From Ignavibacteria bacterium (lineage in GTDB: Bacteria; Bacteroidota; Ignavibacteria; Kapaibacteriales; Kapaibacteriaceae), in the NCBI GenBank assembly GCA_016707005.1, contig JADJIQ010000001.1, positions 395,846 through 459,845 on the forward strand: 64,000 nt of DNA, in the 5' to 3' direction. Positions 1 through 10,972 of the stretch are shown here, piece after piece (the first letter of the stretch is position 1; each line of letters starts with the position of its first letter). The notes under the pieces were generated by a model that was not told where the DNA came from, searched no databases, and saw only the letters and a list, made by a program, of their open reading frames with translations. Made by a program: the position numbers and the translations under genes.

Positions 1-28
1 TGGTCCGGGGAGATGATGGCGTTGTCGG

Positions 29-1396
29 TCATAGGGGAACAGATAGGATCAAAATGTCTGTCGTTGTGGACGTAATTCGTGTTCGTTCAGCTACGCGGAT
101 CCCGCAGACCCAAACGATGCCAGCATCATCACAGATCACCCGAATATGTCGGCGTTCAGCATGAGGAATACGGCTATTGGTTAACAGATCAGAAACCAAT
201 ACTGTTCCGTTGAGCCCGAAGGGTTGGAACCTATCGCCGTTGCGCCATTCCCGCCAGATGAGTGGCCCTTGAAGCGACGACACGTCAATGTAGGCTACCG
301 AACCATCCGCGCGAGGGTGCAGATCGCCGAGTGGACATCTCTGTACCGACAACATATACGTGCCTGCAACATACGTCCCGTCGCCGTCGATGGCAACTTC
401 ATGTGCGCCATTATCGTGTTCGAGAACGGATACTACGATCTGATCTCGTTCACGCAACGCCGTTCGATTCTCTGATAGGGAGGCCTCAGACCCTGCCTCT
501 GCATTGAGCAGGGCTGTGAGTCTCGCAACATCTTCATGTGTACATGAGAGTGCCGATCGAAAGATCTCATGAACCAAACCGCGAGGGAGCCCCTTCATTG
601 CCTCAACAACAAAGGAGGGGGCTTCTGCATGTTCGGTTATCATCACAGCAGGGCTGATCTCACGAACAACGCTGCGAACAACTACATCCGCATCACGAAC
701 AAGCTCGCTTGACCTGAGGATCCGTTCCGAAACTGATGGGCCAAAAACCTCGCGCAGTGCGGGCATGATCACCGATCGTACACGGTTTCGCAGGAAGCGC
801 TGGTCGGCATTACTTTGATCTTCTCGCCATGCAAGCCCGGCCGATAACGCGGCATCGCGTACTTGTGCTCGAGAGATCGTAAGGAAGGGTCTGATAACGC
901 GAACACCCGGGCCCAATGCCCGTTCCGGCGGGATCCCGCTCAGCCCCTGTGTGCCACTGGCTCGCGCCAGATTCATGAGCATCGTCTCGGCATTGTCATC
1001 CATCGTGTGGGCCGTAAGCACCACTGATGCGCTGCTCTCGTGTGCTACGCGAGTGAGGAACTGGTAGCGGAGCTCACGAGCGGCCCCTTCTATTCCAAGT
1101 CCCGATGAGCGGGCGTAGGATTCTACATCTAGACGTTGCGTGATGCAAGGAAGACCAAGGGAATCGGCGATGGAGACAACAAGACGTTCATCATCATCGC
1201 TCTCCACGCCTCGTAATCCATGATTGGCATGGGCAACAAGGCACGACAGGTTGTGGATCGAACGTGCTGTATTGATAGTGTGGAGTAGTGTTACGCTATC
1301 AATGCCGCCACTTACGGCAATGACCAGTTGTTCGCCAAGTGCCCCATGCCGTGCCAGTGCGGAGACCGCTTCGTTCAAAAGGACGTCAGGGATCAT
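29..1396 (-). CDS. tilS: tRNA(Ile)-lysidine synthetase
   Basis: N-terminal PP-loop SGGIDS motif (VSGGIDSVTLLH) and a length of 455 aa, typical of TilS. Confidence 0.85.
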   Translation of the reverse strand: MIPDVLLNEAVSALARHGALGEQLVIAVSGGIDSVTLLHTINTARSIHNLSCLVAHANHGLRGVESDDDERLVVSIADSLGLPCITQRLDVESYARSSGLGIEGAARELRYQFLTRVAHESSASVVLTAHTMDDNAETMLMNLARASGTQGLSGIPPERALGPGVRVIRPFLTISRAQVRDAALSAGLAWREDQSNADQRFLRNRVRSVIMPALREVFGPSVSERILRSSELVRDADVVVRSVVREISPAVMITEHAEAPSFVVEAMKGLPRGLVHEIFRSALSCTHEDVARLTALLNAEAGSEASLSENRTALRERDQIVVSVLEHDNGAHEVAIDGDGTYVAGTYMLSVQRCPLGDLHPRADGSVAYIDVSSLQGPLIWREWRNGDRFQPFGLNGTVLVSDLLTNSRIPHAERRHIRVICDDAGIVWVCGIRVAERTRITSTTTDILILSVPL

Positions 1397-1501
1397 GGAG
1401 TGGCGTCTACCATCTCATCGAGCTCATCTGCATAGCGCAGCATACGTTCTTCCACCTCTGCATAGGTCTCGTACCGGACCACATCTTGTCGGCAAAGAGA
1501 G

Positions 1502-2377
1502 TTATTGCGGAGCCCCCTTAAGATATCCGCCATAGTGTTTGCGAAACTCATGCACGGCACGTCGGGGAGACTTGTAGGTGAGTTCCAGACGCAGGTGTTC
1601 CAAACATGTGAGGATGCGTTCTCGCGACGACACAGGTGTATACGAACCCGTGGCCATGAATTCCTTGGCATGAGCGAACACGAAGGGATTTCCGATGGCT
1701 GCACGCCCGATCATCACCGCATCAGCTCCTGTTTCATCAAAGGCCCGCTTGACGTCTTCAGGTGTTTTGATATCCCCATTGACGATCACAGGAATGTTCA
1801 CCACCTGTTTGATCTTCGGGATCCATGACCAATCGGCATCGCCATCATGACCCATATCACGGGTCCGACAGTGCACGGTGAGGGCAGCAGCTCCGGCATC
1901 TTCGATCATTTTTGCTACCTCAAGGATCACGATCGAATCCCGCGACCACCCAAGACGTGTCTTTACCGTCACGGGCATCTTTACGGCATCTACGATAGAA
2001 CGCGTGAGTTTCTGCATCCCCGCGGGGTCCTTGAGAAGTGCGGCTCCGGCATTGCGAACCACAACATTCTTTACCCAGCAGCCAAAGTTGATGTCAATGA
2101 AATCCGGGCCGGACTCTTCCGCCCTGCGAGCGGCTTCAACCATGATATCCTCGTCACCTCCAAAGATCTGGATGGCTACCGGACGTTCTTCTTCGGCCAG
2201 ACGCAACTTTTCCATCGATCTCCGGGCATCGCGCACCAGTCCGTCGCTCGAAATGAACTCGGTATAGACAATATCTGCCCCATACCGCTTACAGATCATG
2301 CGGAACGGAAGGTCTGTGACATCCTCCATGGGGGCAAGGACTATGCCCTTATCGACGGTAACGTGGCCTATTTGCAT
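1502..2377 (-). CDS. tRNA-dihydrouridine synthase (Dus family)
   Basis: Strong Dus-family similarity by eye (VLAPMEDVTDLPFRMICKRYGADIVYTEFISS, FMN TIM-barrel motifs). Confidence 0.85.
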   Translation of the reverse strand: MQIGHVTVDKGIVLAPMEDVTDLPFRMICKRYGADIVYTEFISSDGLVRDARRSMEKLRLAEEERPVAIQIFGGDEDIMVEAARRAEESGPDFIDINFGCWVKNVVVRNAGAALLKDPAGMQKLTRSIVDAVKMPVTVKTRLGWSRDSIVILEVAKMIEDAGAAALTVHCRTRDMGHDGDADWSWIPKIKQVVNIPVIVNGDIKTPEDVKRAFDETGADAVMIGRAAIGNPFVFAHAKEFMATGSYTPVSSRERILTCLEHLRLELTYKSPRRAVHEFRKHYGGYLKGAPQ

Positions 2378-2672
2378 TGGGCAAAACTACGATAGGGAGG
2401 GGGCTGGGCAGTGCGCAGGGGGACAGAAAAACCACGTAATCGCACTCAACCCCTTGGAAACGCTGAAACTTCTGGGCATGTTAGCGGTCGGGATCATATA
2501 CGGCAGACAGCATTGGGGATAGAAAAAAAATCCCTTGTTTTGTGTAAACAGCTTCTGTTCGTATACTCGCAGGTAACGCAAAACGAACATCAGCATTTGG
2601 TAATGCAAATGCGGGTATCGTTTGCGGACTTCAAACGGGGATATCTACTCTTACTCATCTAGGGATTTGGTC

Positions 2673-4004
2673 ATGCGAAAACTGTGCCTTCTTGCGGCAT
2701 TCGCCGTGTTTGCTGTGCAGGTGATGACAGCAGGTGGCGATAATACTCAGGCCGTTGAGCCCGGTATTGACACCATGCCACCTGTGTTGACCATGCAGTC
2801 GCTGCCTTGTGGCGTCCGCGAATTTACGGCAACGGAAACCCGGAACATTCCGGATCCTCCCCGCGCTACACCGAATGAACGCGATCAGGTTGAACGCGGG
2901 ATCCAGTCGATCCGTCTTGCTCTCGACCCGCAAGCACAGAACATCAAGCTGACGCTCATCAACCCAACAACGTTCCCAAAAGATCCAAAGGTCACAAGCG
3001 CAACGTTCCAAGTTGCTCTGATCGATGCATCAAAGGGCGGTAGCTGCGTTGTTGAAGTCCGCGACTGGAACAACAACCTCACAACCCGTCAGATCACCAT
3101 TGGTGCTGCTACTCCGACACTGTCGGCCGCTGCTATCAACGTTGGTCTTATCAATGTCGGTCAGAATGGTCAAGGAACGCTTACGGTTACAAACAACACC
3201 GGCGCTCCACTGGTCATCACATCGATCACACTCGCTAATGGCACACGTTTCGCAGTCACCGCTGGTGGTGGTTCCGTGACCATTCCTGCCGGCGGCACAC
3301 ACACGATCGCCTTCAGCTACACACCGATCATCGGTTCTGAAGCCGGCGATTCCGACGTACTCACAGTAGCAACGGCTTGCGGCGACGTAACCTGCGCTCT
3401 CTCCGGTACCGGTGGTGTTTCGCGTATCTCCACAACGCCGGCACTCACGTTCGATGAAACACGTGCTGACTATGAGGATTGCACTCCAACAGGTCCTACA
3501 GAGATCACGATCTCGAACACTGGTAATGTTGCAATGAGCGTCATTGATTGGACCTTTAACAACACTGACTTCTATGCCGCAGCTGGAGCACCAGCAAAAC
3601 CAGTAGCTGTAGCGGCTGGTGCATCGGTAACTATTAGTGTCTGTATGAAGAAGTCAACCTTGGGCGTCGCAACCGGAACAGTAACGTTCACAAACGATGC
3701 AACTGACGGTGCAAACAACGTAACCCAGCTGAATGGCAACATCACAACCAGTGTTGAAGATGAAATGGGCAAGACAGCTCGCGTGTGGTTCGATGCTGCT
3801 AACGAGCAGATCGTCTTCACAACGGTTCGCGTGAATTCGCCGGTCTTCGTTCACGACATCAACGGTCGCGTTCTTGCTTCGTCCACGGTATCTGATGCTG
3901 GTTCTTTCTGCATCAATACTTCGGCATGGAACAACGGCGTAGTAGTGATCACGTATTCTGACGAAAACGGTCAGCGCACACGTACACTCTCGATCGTTCG
4001 CTAA
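2673..4004 (+). CDS. secreted Ig-like/beta-sandwich repeat protein with probable T9SS C-terminal sorting domain
   Basis: Signal peptide MRKLCLLAAFAVFAVQV. Repeated TLTVTN..PLVITSI beta-sandwich-like modules. C-terminal ~80 aa resemble a Por_Secre_tail domain. Start refined to the internal ATG at 2673. Confidence 0.55.
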   Translation: MRKLCLLAAFAVFAVQVMTAGGDNTQAVEPGIDTMPPVLTMQSLPCGVREFTATETRNIPDPPRATPNERDQVERGIQSIRLALDPQAQNIKLTLINPTTFPKDPKVTSATFQVALIDASKGGSCVVEVRDWNNNLTTRQITIGAATPTLSAAAINVGLINVGQNGQGTLTVTNNTGAPLVITSITLANGTRFAVTAGGGSVTIPAGGTHTIAFSYTPIIGSEAGDSDVLTVATACGDVTCALSGTGGVSRISTTPALTFDETRADYEDCTPTGPTEITISNTGNVAMSVIDWTFNNTDFYAAAGAPAKPVAVAAGASVTISVCMKKSTLGVATGTVTFTNDATDGANNVTQLNGNITTSVEDEMGKTARVWFDAANEQIVFTTVRVNSPVFVHDINGRVLASSTVSDAGSFCINTSAWNNGVVVITYSDENGQRTRTLSIVR

Positions 4005-4032
4005 GCGTTCATCAGAATCTCGACATTCCCAA

Positions 4033-4060
4033 AGGGGCTGGCTTACGCCAGCCCCTTTTT
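4033..4060 (+). terminator. rho-independent terminator
   Basis: Hairpin GGGGCTGGC-TTAC-GCCAGCCCC followed by TTTTTCG, immediately after the 4004 stop. Confidence 0.8.
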
Positions 4061-4267
4061 CGTTTGTACTCGACCCTCAAAGCGCCCGATTTTGGCAGAA
4101 TTCGTCTTAAATGACGCCTGGCTGCCGGATACTACGGGAGGCCGGACACGGTCACCGTTTGACAGAAAAATCCAGTGGTGGCCAGATGGTGGAAACTTGA
4201 TACGTAAAAAGGAGATGGTCCCTTCGTAACTTCGTCCGATTCGCATTTCCTTACGCAATTCCACCCC

Positions 4268-5293
4268 ATGGCCCGTTTTCGGATTTTCTCCAACGACGTC
4301 GGTATCGATCTCGGTACCGCGAACACCCTCATCTGGCAAAAAGGAAAGGGGATCGTCCTCAACGAGCCATCGATCGTTGCGTTCGATCGCACTTCTAAGA
4401 ATATCATCGCCATCGGCCATGAAGCCGAAAAGATGGTGGGAAAAACACACCGCGATATCAAGACCATCCGTCCGTTGAAGGATGGAGTGATCGCAGACTT
4501 TGAGATCGCAGAAGGAATGCTTCGTGCATTCATTCAAAAGACATCCACATCGATCGCTCATGCAAAGCGCATGGTTATCTGTGTACCGTCGGGTATCACA
4601 GAGGTTGAGAAGCGCGCCGTGCGTGACTCTGCAGAACATGCCGGCGCGAAACAGGTACACCTTATCGCTGAACCAATGGCCGCTGCCATCGGTGTAGGCT
4701 TGGATGTGCACGAACCGATGGGTAACATGGTTGTTGATATTGGTGGCGGTACAACCGAGATCGCCGTTATCGCTCTATCGGGCATCGTTGTTGATGAATC
4801 CATTCGCATCGCTGGTGATGAGCTCACCAATGCCATCGTCAATTGGTTCAAGAGACAACACAACATCCTCATCGGCGATCGTACTGCAGAGATCATCAAG
4901 GTGAATGTTGGTTCTGCATGGCCCCTTCCCGAAGAACTTGAGATCGAAGTAAAGGGTCGAGACATGGTGGCCGGGACTCCAAAGAGTATCATCGTCTCCA
5001 GTGAAGAGATCCGTGAAGCACTCAATGAGAATATCTCTACGATCATCGAAGCTGTATTGACGTTGCTTGAGAAGACGCCGCCTGAATTGTCGGCCGATAT
5101 CTTCGACCGTGGCATCATCCTCTCCGGTGGCGGAGCATTGTTGAAGGGGCTTGACGAACGCCTCCGACGTGAAACATCGTTGCCCGTTCATGTGGCCGAT
5201 GATCCACTCACTGCCGTTGTACGTGGCACCGGAAAGGTCCTTGAGGATCTCGACGCGTATTCGTCTGTCTTGATCAAGTCGAAGCGATACTAA
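4268..5293 (+). CDS. mreB: rod shape-determining protein MreB
   Basis: Actin-like ATPase N-terminus FSNDVGIDLGTANTLIW. Length 341 aa. Confidence 0.95.
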   Translation: MARFRIFSNDVGIDLGTANTLIWQKGKGIVLNEPSIVAFDRTSKNIIAIGHEAEKMVGKTHRDIKTIRPLKDGVIADFEIAEGMLRAFIQKTSTSIAHAKRMVICVPSGITEVEKRAVRDSAEHAGAKQVHLIAEPMAAAIGVGLDVHEPMGNMVVDIGGGTTEIAVIALSGIVVDESIRIAGDELTNAIVNWFKRQHNILIGDRTAEIIKVNVGSAWPLPEELEIEVKGRDMVAGTPKSIIVSSEEIREALNENISTIIEAVLTLLEKTPPELSADIFDRGIILSGGGALLKGLDERLRRETSLPVHVADDPLTAVVRGTGKVLEDLDAYSSVLIKSKRY

Positions 5294-6144
5294 TGCGTCG
5301 ATTTATCGACTTTGTTGTTCGATTCAAGAACTACATCACCCTTGGAACACTTGTGGTGATGTCGTTCGCATTCATGAGCGTTGGGAGTCTCTCACAGCTT
5401 GGCGGATTCCGTGCAGTGATCGTTGGATCCATCGGATGGATGCAATCATTGTTTGCATGGATCCCGAACCCGGTAGCACTTAAGAGTGAGAACCTTGCGC
5501 TTCGTGAGCTGAATCTCCAGCTTGCCGTTGAGTCGGCACGGTCGCGCCAATCAATGGTCGAGAATACCACGCTCCGCAAGATGCTTGAATTGCCGGCGTA
5601 TACAGATTATCATCTGATCGCTGCCGATGTGATAGGGAAGACAACAACGCAGTCCCGGAATTACGCAACGATCAACAAGGGTATAGAGGACGGCGTTCAA
5701 GAGGGGATGTGCTGCATCACTGATGCGGGACTCGTTGGCATCGTCATCGGAACATCGCCGCACTTCGCAGTGCTGCAGCTCTTGCTCAATCGTGATACGC
5801 GTGTGAGTGCAAAGGTTCAACGTACACGTGTTGATGGGATCATTCAATGGGAAGGTGAGACCTTCCTCGTCCTGAAGAACGTGCCTCGCTCGCTCGATGT
5901 ACAAGCAGGAGATGTGATCCTCACGTCATCCTACAGTCAAAAATATCCGGCCAACATCGTCATCGGAAGAGCAACGCAAGTTGACGAAGAGGCGAACTCT
6001 CTTTTCCGTCGAGTAGTGGTTGAGCCCGCCGTGAACTTCGCAACACTTGAACAGCTCTTCATTGTTGATACGAGACCGAACAGTGAACGTGTTGCTTTGG
6101 AGAAACGCACTGATGAACGACTTCCGCAACGATCAACGCCGTAA
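5293..6144 (+). CDS. mreC: rod shape-determining protein MreC
   Basis: Position between mreB and mreD. N-terminal TM helix plus coiled-coil region. Start overlaps the mreB stop. Confidence 0.75.
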   Translation: MRRFIDFVVRFKNYITLGTLVVMSFAFMSVGSLSQLGGFRAVIVGSIGWMQSLFAWIPNPVALKSENLALRELNLQLAVESARSRQSMVENTTLRKMLELPAYTDYHLIAADVIGKTTTQSRNYATINKGIEDGVQEGMCCITDAGLVGIVIGTSPHFAVLQLLLNRDTRVSAKVQRTRVDGIIQWEGETFLVLKNVPRSLDVQAGDVILTSSYSQKYPANIVIGRATQVDEEANSLFRRVVVEPAVNFATLEQLFIVDTRPNSERVALEKRTDERLPQRSTP

Positions 6145-6150
6145 TCGATC

Positions 6151-6684
6151 ATGGCACTGAACTTCGATCTGCAACGCTCACAATTCGTGACCAATCCGGC
6201 ACTACGGTTCATCGTGTATGCGGTGGTGGCGCTCTTGCTGAATGTGGTCCATGTGGTGTTTCTGCGATTTGTTGCTGTGAGTTCGGTTACGCCGGACTTA
6301 TTGCTGATCCTCACGGTTTGGATCGCGATCGTTGAGGGTCAGTTCACAGGCATGATCGCCGGGTTCTTGGCCGGATTGCTGTTCGATGTGGTCTCGGCAG
6401 ACGTCTTAGGCTCAAATGCGCTGGCAAAAACCGCAGCAGGATTCGTTGCCGGCTACTTCTGGCGCGAAGGGTATGCAATGCAGACCATTGGCAGTTATCG
6501 ATTCCTGCTCATTGTTGCGCTTGCCGGGGGTGTGCATAACCTCCTGTATTACTTCTTCTACGTTCGCCCGATGCAGATCTCTTTTGGGATGTTTTTCTTG
6601 AAGTACGGGGTTGCCACCACCCTCTATACCACCGTGGCCGCCGTCTTCCCGATGCTGTATGTGAATAGGCGCAAGGATCAATAG
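6151..6684 (+). CDS. mreD: rod shape-determining protein MreD (polytopic membrane protein)
   Basis: Small hydrophobic protein with several TM helices directly after mreC. Identified by synteny. Confidence 0.6.
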   Translation: MALNFDLQRSQFVTNPALRFIVYAVVALLLNVVHVVFLRFVAVSSVTPDLLLILTVWIAIVEGQFTGMIAGFLAGLLFDVVSADVLGSNALAKTAAGFVAGYFWREGYAMQTIGSYRFLLIVALAGGVHNLLYYFFYVRPMQISFGMFFLKYGVATTLYTTVAAVFPMLYVNRRKDQ

Positions 6685-6792
6685 GTCTGCGACGTTGATG
6701 TGAATAGTGTGGATAACTCCAACGGTTGGGGTCACGCCCGGCTGTCGCAATTTGGGCGGTTATAGAACGACTCATTACCGGAATTCAACGAA

Positions 6793-9700
6793 ATGTATCT
6801 GTCGAAACTCGAGATGGTGGGCTTTAAGAGTTTTGGTCTCAAGACCGATCTCGAGTTCACCGATGGTGTAACAGCGATCGTCGGACCGAACGGATGTGGC
6901 AAGACGAACGTTGTGGATGCCATACGTTGGGTGCTTGGAGAACAGAAGACGTCGATGCTTCGCGCAGACTCAATGGACCAAGTGATCTTCAATGGTTCAC
7001 GAGCCAGGAAGCCCCTTGGCATGGCAGAGGTATCGTTGACGATCGAGAACAACAAGCAGATCTTGCCTACGGAATATTCGCAGGTGGTGATCACTCGTCG
7101 CCTCTTCCGCAATGGTGAGAGTCAGTACCTCCTGAATAAGACGCAGTGCAGGCTTCGAGACATCGTGGATCTCTTCATGGATACCGGTATGCGCTCAGAT
7201 GCCTATTCGGTGATCGAATTGAAGATGATCGAAACGATCCTCAGCGATAAGGCTGATGAGCGCAGACACCTCTTTGAGGAGGCTGCCGGTGTTACGAAGT
7301 ACAAGGCGCGCAGGAAAGAGGCACAACGCAAGCTTGATGCAGCACAACGTGATATTGCTCGCGTGCAGGATATCGTTCGTGAAGTGCAGAAGACCGTGAA
7401 TTCGCTGGCACGTCAGGCAGAGAAGGCACGTCAGCATCAGGATCTGTCCACACGACTGCGCGACCTCGACCGAATTCTGTTTGCGTTTGAATATGCCGAA
7501 GAGTTCATTGCTCTAACGCAACTCCTGGAACGTATCACTGGGATACGGCAGAAGCGCGAGGCTGCAGAGGCTGCCTTGACGTCTGCCGAGCAACAGGTGA
7601 TCGTGGCGGAAAAGACGCACGAGCAGATGGAACAGGAACTCCGCACTGCCATCACCTTCGAGAATGATGTTCGCACGGCATTGAGTGAAGTGCAGCAACG
7701 GATCTCCTTGGTCGACGAACGAAAGGCTTCGGCACAACGCGCGCTCGAACGTCTCGATCGTGAACAGAACGAGTCGCAGTCCCAACAGTCATCCACATCG
7801 CAAGAGCTTCAGCAAGTACGAGACCGTATGGTAAGCGGGAAGCTGGAGCATGAAGAAGCGGTAAAGGAACTTGAGGCCCAACGAGCACTTGTGGAAGAAG
7901 CTCAGGCCACCCTCGTGCAAATGCGTGAGGAAATGCATGGTCAGCGAGAAGGTCTCACGGCCGCACGTCAGATCCTCAATGAGCAGCGCAATCAGGCAGA
8001 CAGATATCGCATTCAAGGCGAAGGTCAGCAACGCAGACTCGCAGAGAACGAAGCACAACAACGTCAGGCATCGGAACGACTGGCACAGGTAGAGGACCAG
8101 ATAGCGCGCGAGAGTGCGGATCTGCCTGCCTTGGATCAGCAGCTTGCGGAGTCGGAGCAACGTTTGCATACCGCCGAGGCTCGCCAACGCGATCTCCAGA
8201 CCGAACAAGAAGGACTTCAAAAGGACTCTGAAGATCTGCGCTCGAAACTCGGGCACAGCTCTGCCTCGCTCGAGTTTCTTGTTGGTCTGGTGGACACTAC
8301 GGAGAGCAGCAAGTTCCTGCTCAACACGCCGGAGTGGACGCCATCGGGTGAGAAGCTCACGCTTGCAGAGGTGATCAACACCGGTGAGGAGCTCCGTGTG
8401 GCAATCGAAGCCGCGCTTGGTGATGCAGCCCGTTACTTTGTTGTGGCACATCGCACCGAGGCACAGCAGGCCATCAGCGCACTTTCGAAGAACAGCGTCG
8501 GCAAGGCCACATTCTTGTGTCGCGATGCGATCCCTGCGATCGAACAGCCCCCTTCACTTGGGAACATCGACGGAGTGATCGGTTGGGCATCTGAGCTTGT
8601 GCAGGCAGACGAACAATTGCGCGGCGCGGTACGAGGCATCCTTGGCCATACCGTGGTTGTGCGGTCGATGGATGATGCATGGAAGGCCATGAGCCAAACT
8701 CCTGCAACATCCGCAGTTACGCTCTCGGGAGAGATCGTTCATCGTGCCGGGGCAGTACGCGGCGGCTCTACATCGAAGACGGAAGGCGTACGTGTTGGAC
8801 GCCGTGAGCGGATCGATCAGCTCAGAGGAGAGATCGCCACACTTGAACAGCGTATCGCAGATGTTGATGGACGACTTCGGGCAGTGAAGCAGGAGTTGGG
8901 GACGATCGACTTGCGCAGGCTTGGCGACGAGGTTCGTAAGGTAGCGATCATCCGCAATGACCGTCAGCAACGTTTGGATTCGCTGCGCGGCAGAGTGGAT
9001 GATGTACATGCCCAGCAGCAACACCTTCATGAAGAAGCGCAGCGCATCGCCGGGGAGCTTGAGTCTCTCCGTGTGGACGCTTCTGCGGCTGAGCATGCGA
9101 TCACGGAGGCCAGTGAAGGAGTAGCAAAACTTGAGTCGGAACTAGCTTCGGCTACAGAAGCACTTCAGAATGTTGAGCAGCTCGTGAATCAGCGTATCGG
9201 TGAGATGCGCGGAGTTGAGATTCGCGTGGTGCGTTTGAGCGGTGAGCTCCAGACGCTTGTTAGCAACGAAGGTCGACTCACGAACCAAAGTCTTACGATC
9301 GATCAACGTCGTGAACAGCGCGATACAGAACGCAACGATCTTCAACAGCAGATCGCAACGTTTGAAACAGAGCGTACGGAGTCTGATACGAGCGCCTCAA
9401 CGATCGTTGCCCGATTGGCCGAAGCGAGGTCCAAGAGAGAAGGTTTGGAGCTTTCCGTGCGCGAGCATTCGGCTGCCTTCCATCAGGCCGGAGAGGATGT
9501 TCGACGTCAGCGGAAGGAACTCGATGGGATCGTCAATGAGCAGCACGAGGCCGATCTCAAGCACAATGAAGTACGCCTCCGCATGGAATCACTGGCGCGT
9601 AGGGCAAGTGAAGAGCTCGACCTAGAAGTGCCGGAAAATCCGCAAATGCCGGAGTCGGAGGTTGCGCCCGAGGAGCTTCGCACACAGGTGCAGGATCTCC

Positions 9701-10335
9701 GACGTAAACTCACATCGATGGGCAACGTGAACTTCCTCGCCCTCGAAGAACATGAACGGGAGAACGAACGATTCCTCTTCCTCACGCAACAACTCTCCGA
9801 TCTCACGGAAAGTGAGCGAGCACTCAACGAGACCATCGCCGAGATCAATCTCACGGCGCGTGAGAAGTTCACGTCCACATTTGTGCGAATCCGTGAGAAC
9901 TTCTCAACGCTCTTCAAGATGCTCTTCAGTGAGGATGACGAAGCCGATCTTCAGATGATCGAATCGGCAGATAATGATCCGCTCGAATGCACGATCGAGA
10001 TCACAGCGAAGCCTCGCGGGAAACGACCGCACAGCATTGAAATGTTGTCCGGGGGTGAAAAGACCCTTACCGCCATTGCTCTGCTGTTTGCGATCTACTT
10101 GGTGAAGCCGAGCCCCTTCTGTATCCTTGATGAAGTGGATGCACCGCTCGACGATGCCAATATTGACCGCTATTTGAAGATCATTCGGAAATTTGCAGAG
10201 AACACACAATTTTTGATGATCACGCACAATAAGAAGACGATGGAAGCGGCTGATACACTATACGGCGTCACGATGGAAGAACCGGCAGTGTCAAAGGTTG
10301 TCTCTGTTCATCTTGCAGGCAAATCCGCTGCCTGA
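6793..10335 (+). CDS. smc: chromosome segregation protein SMC
   Basis: N-terminal Walker A LEMVGFKSFG...IVGPNGCGKTN, ~900 aa coiled coil with hinge, C-terminal signature LSGGEKTLTAIALLFAI and Walker B ILDEVDAPLD. Length 1180 aa. Confidence 0.95.
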   Translation: MYLSKLEMVGFKSFGLKTDLEFTDGVTAIVGPNGCGKTNVVDAIRWVLGEQKTSMLRADSMDQVIFNGSRARKPLGMAEVSLTIENNKQILPTEYSQVVITRRLFRNGESQYLLNKTQCRLRDIVDLFMDTGMRSDAYSVIELKMIETILSDKADERRHLFEEAAGVTKYKARRKEAQRKLDAAQRDIARVQDIVREVQKTVNSLARQAEKARQHQDLSTRLRDLDRILFAFEYAEEFIALTQLLERITGIRQKREAAEAALTSAEQQVIVAEKTHEQMEQELRTAITFENDVRTALSEVQQRISLVDERKASAQRALERLDREQNESQSQQSSTSQELQQVRDRMVSGKLEHEEAVKELEAQRALVEEAQATLVQMREEMHGQREGLTAARQILNEQRNQADRYRIQGEGQQRRLAENEAQQRQASERLAQVEDQIARESADLPALDQQLAESEQRLHTAEARQRDLQTEQEGLQKDSEDLRSKLGHSSASLEFLVGLVDTTESSKFLLNTPEWTPSGEKLTLAEVINTGEELRVAIEAALGDAARYFVVAHRTEAQQAISALSKNSVGKATFLCRDAIPAIEQPPSLGNIDGVIGWASELVQADEQLRGAVRGILGHTVVVRSMDDAWKAMSQTPATSAVTLSGEIVHRAGAVRGGSTSKTEGVRVGRRERIDQLRGEIATLEQRIADVDGRLRAVKQELGTIDLRRLGDEVRKVAIIRNDRQQRLDSLRGRVDDVHAQQQHLHEEAQRIAGELESLRVDASAAEHAITEASEGVAKLESELASATEALQNVEQLVNQRIGEMRGVEIRVVRLSGELQTLVSNEGRLTNQSLTIDQRREQRDTERNDLQQQIATFETERTESDTSASTIVARLAEARSKREGLELSVREHSAAFHQAGEDVRRQRKELDGIVNEQHEADLKHNEVRLRMESLARRASEELDLEVPENPQMPESEVAPEELRTQVQDLRRKLTSMGNVNFLALEEHERENERFLFLTQQLSDLTESERALNETIAEINLTAREKFTSTFVRIRENFSTLFKMLFSEDDEADLQMIESADNDPLECTIEITAKPRGKRPHSIEMLSGGEKTLTAIALLFAIYLVKPSPFCILDEVDAPLDDANIDRYLKIIRKFAENTQFLMITHNKKTMEAADTLYGVTMEEPAVSKVVSVHLAGKSAA

Positions 10336-10363
10336 TCCACGTTCCCCACAAATAACGTTGACC

Positions 10364-10894
10364 ATGAAGATCCTCCTCTCTGCTATCGCTCTCTTCGTTC
10401 TTGCATCATCTACGGCAGCAGTTGCCCAGGATGAAACACAGCAAACTGTACTCACCGAGTCCATCAAGGGTTCATTCGGCAAGGTCTGGCGCTCTGTGAA
10501 GAGAGCAATGGAGCAATCCGGCTGCCCTAAGCCCCAGACAGAAAAGATCATCGAACCTGCAGAAGAGGGTGGTCTGTATAAAGGGCAATACATTTCCGAC
10601 TACTGTCTTCTCGCTGAAGGTGAAGACAGCACGAAGGACGTGATCGAACGGTATTCAAAGGTTCCGCGCATTCGTGGCGGTATATGGGTCACCTGCCGCG
10701 TGCAGTACAAGATCAACGTCAAGGAGGAAGAAGGCGGTCAGACCAAGATCATCCTCCGCGCCGAAATGTCGGGCTTCGAAGAATTCATCACTGCTGCAAA
10801 CCACTTCTGGGTCTCCAATGGAGACCTCGAACGCAAGATGATGGCCGCGATCATGGCGTTTACGAATGAAGAATTGCAGAAGGCAGGGGAATAG
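10364..10894 (+). CDS. hypothetical secreted protein
   Basis: Internal ATG at 10364 gives signal peptide MKILLSAIALFVLASSTAAVAQ. The longer ORF would overlap the smc 3' end. No recognisable domain. Confidence 0.5.
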   Translation: MKILLSAIALFVLASSTAAVAQDETQQTVLTESIKGSFGKVWRSVKRAMEQSGCPKPQTEKIIEPAEEGGLYKGQYISDYCLLAEGEDSTKDVIERYSKVPRIRGGIWVTCRVQYKINVKEEEGGQTKIILRAEMSGFEEFITAANHFWVSNGDLERKMMAAIMAFTNEELQKAGE

Positions 10895-10972
10895 TTACTC
10901 AGTTACGGAGTTACCCAGTTACCCAGTTACAGAGCTATAGAATAACTGCGTAACTCTGTAACTGCGTAACTA
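10893..10972. repeat. composite inverted array: (AGTTACNN)x5 - spacer - (NNGTAACT)x3 between convergent gene ends
   Basis: Read directly: tAGTTACtcAGTTACggAGTTACccAGTTACccAGTTACag ... ctgcGTAACTctGTAACTgcGTAACTag. The two arms are reverse complements of each other, giving a long imperfect hairpin. The first unit contains the upstream TAG stop. Confidence 0.8.

Noticed and set aside
224-507. Short + strand ORFs antisense to tilS, and similar antisense or overlapping ORFs inside smc, the RHS gene, alaS, recJ and others
   Set aside because: They are embedded in long, well-supported genes on the opposite strand or in an alternative frame. High-GC DNA generates such ORFs by chance, and none has a recognisable motif.
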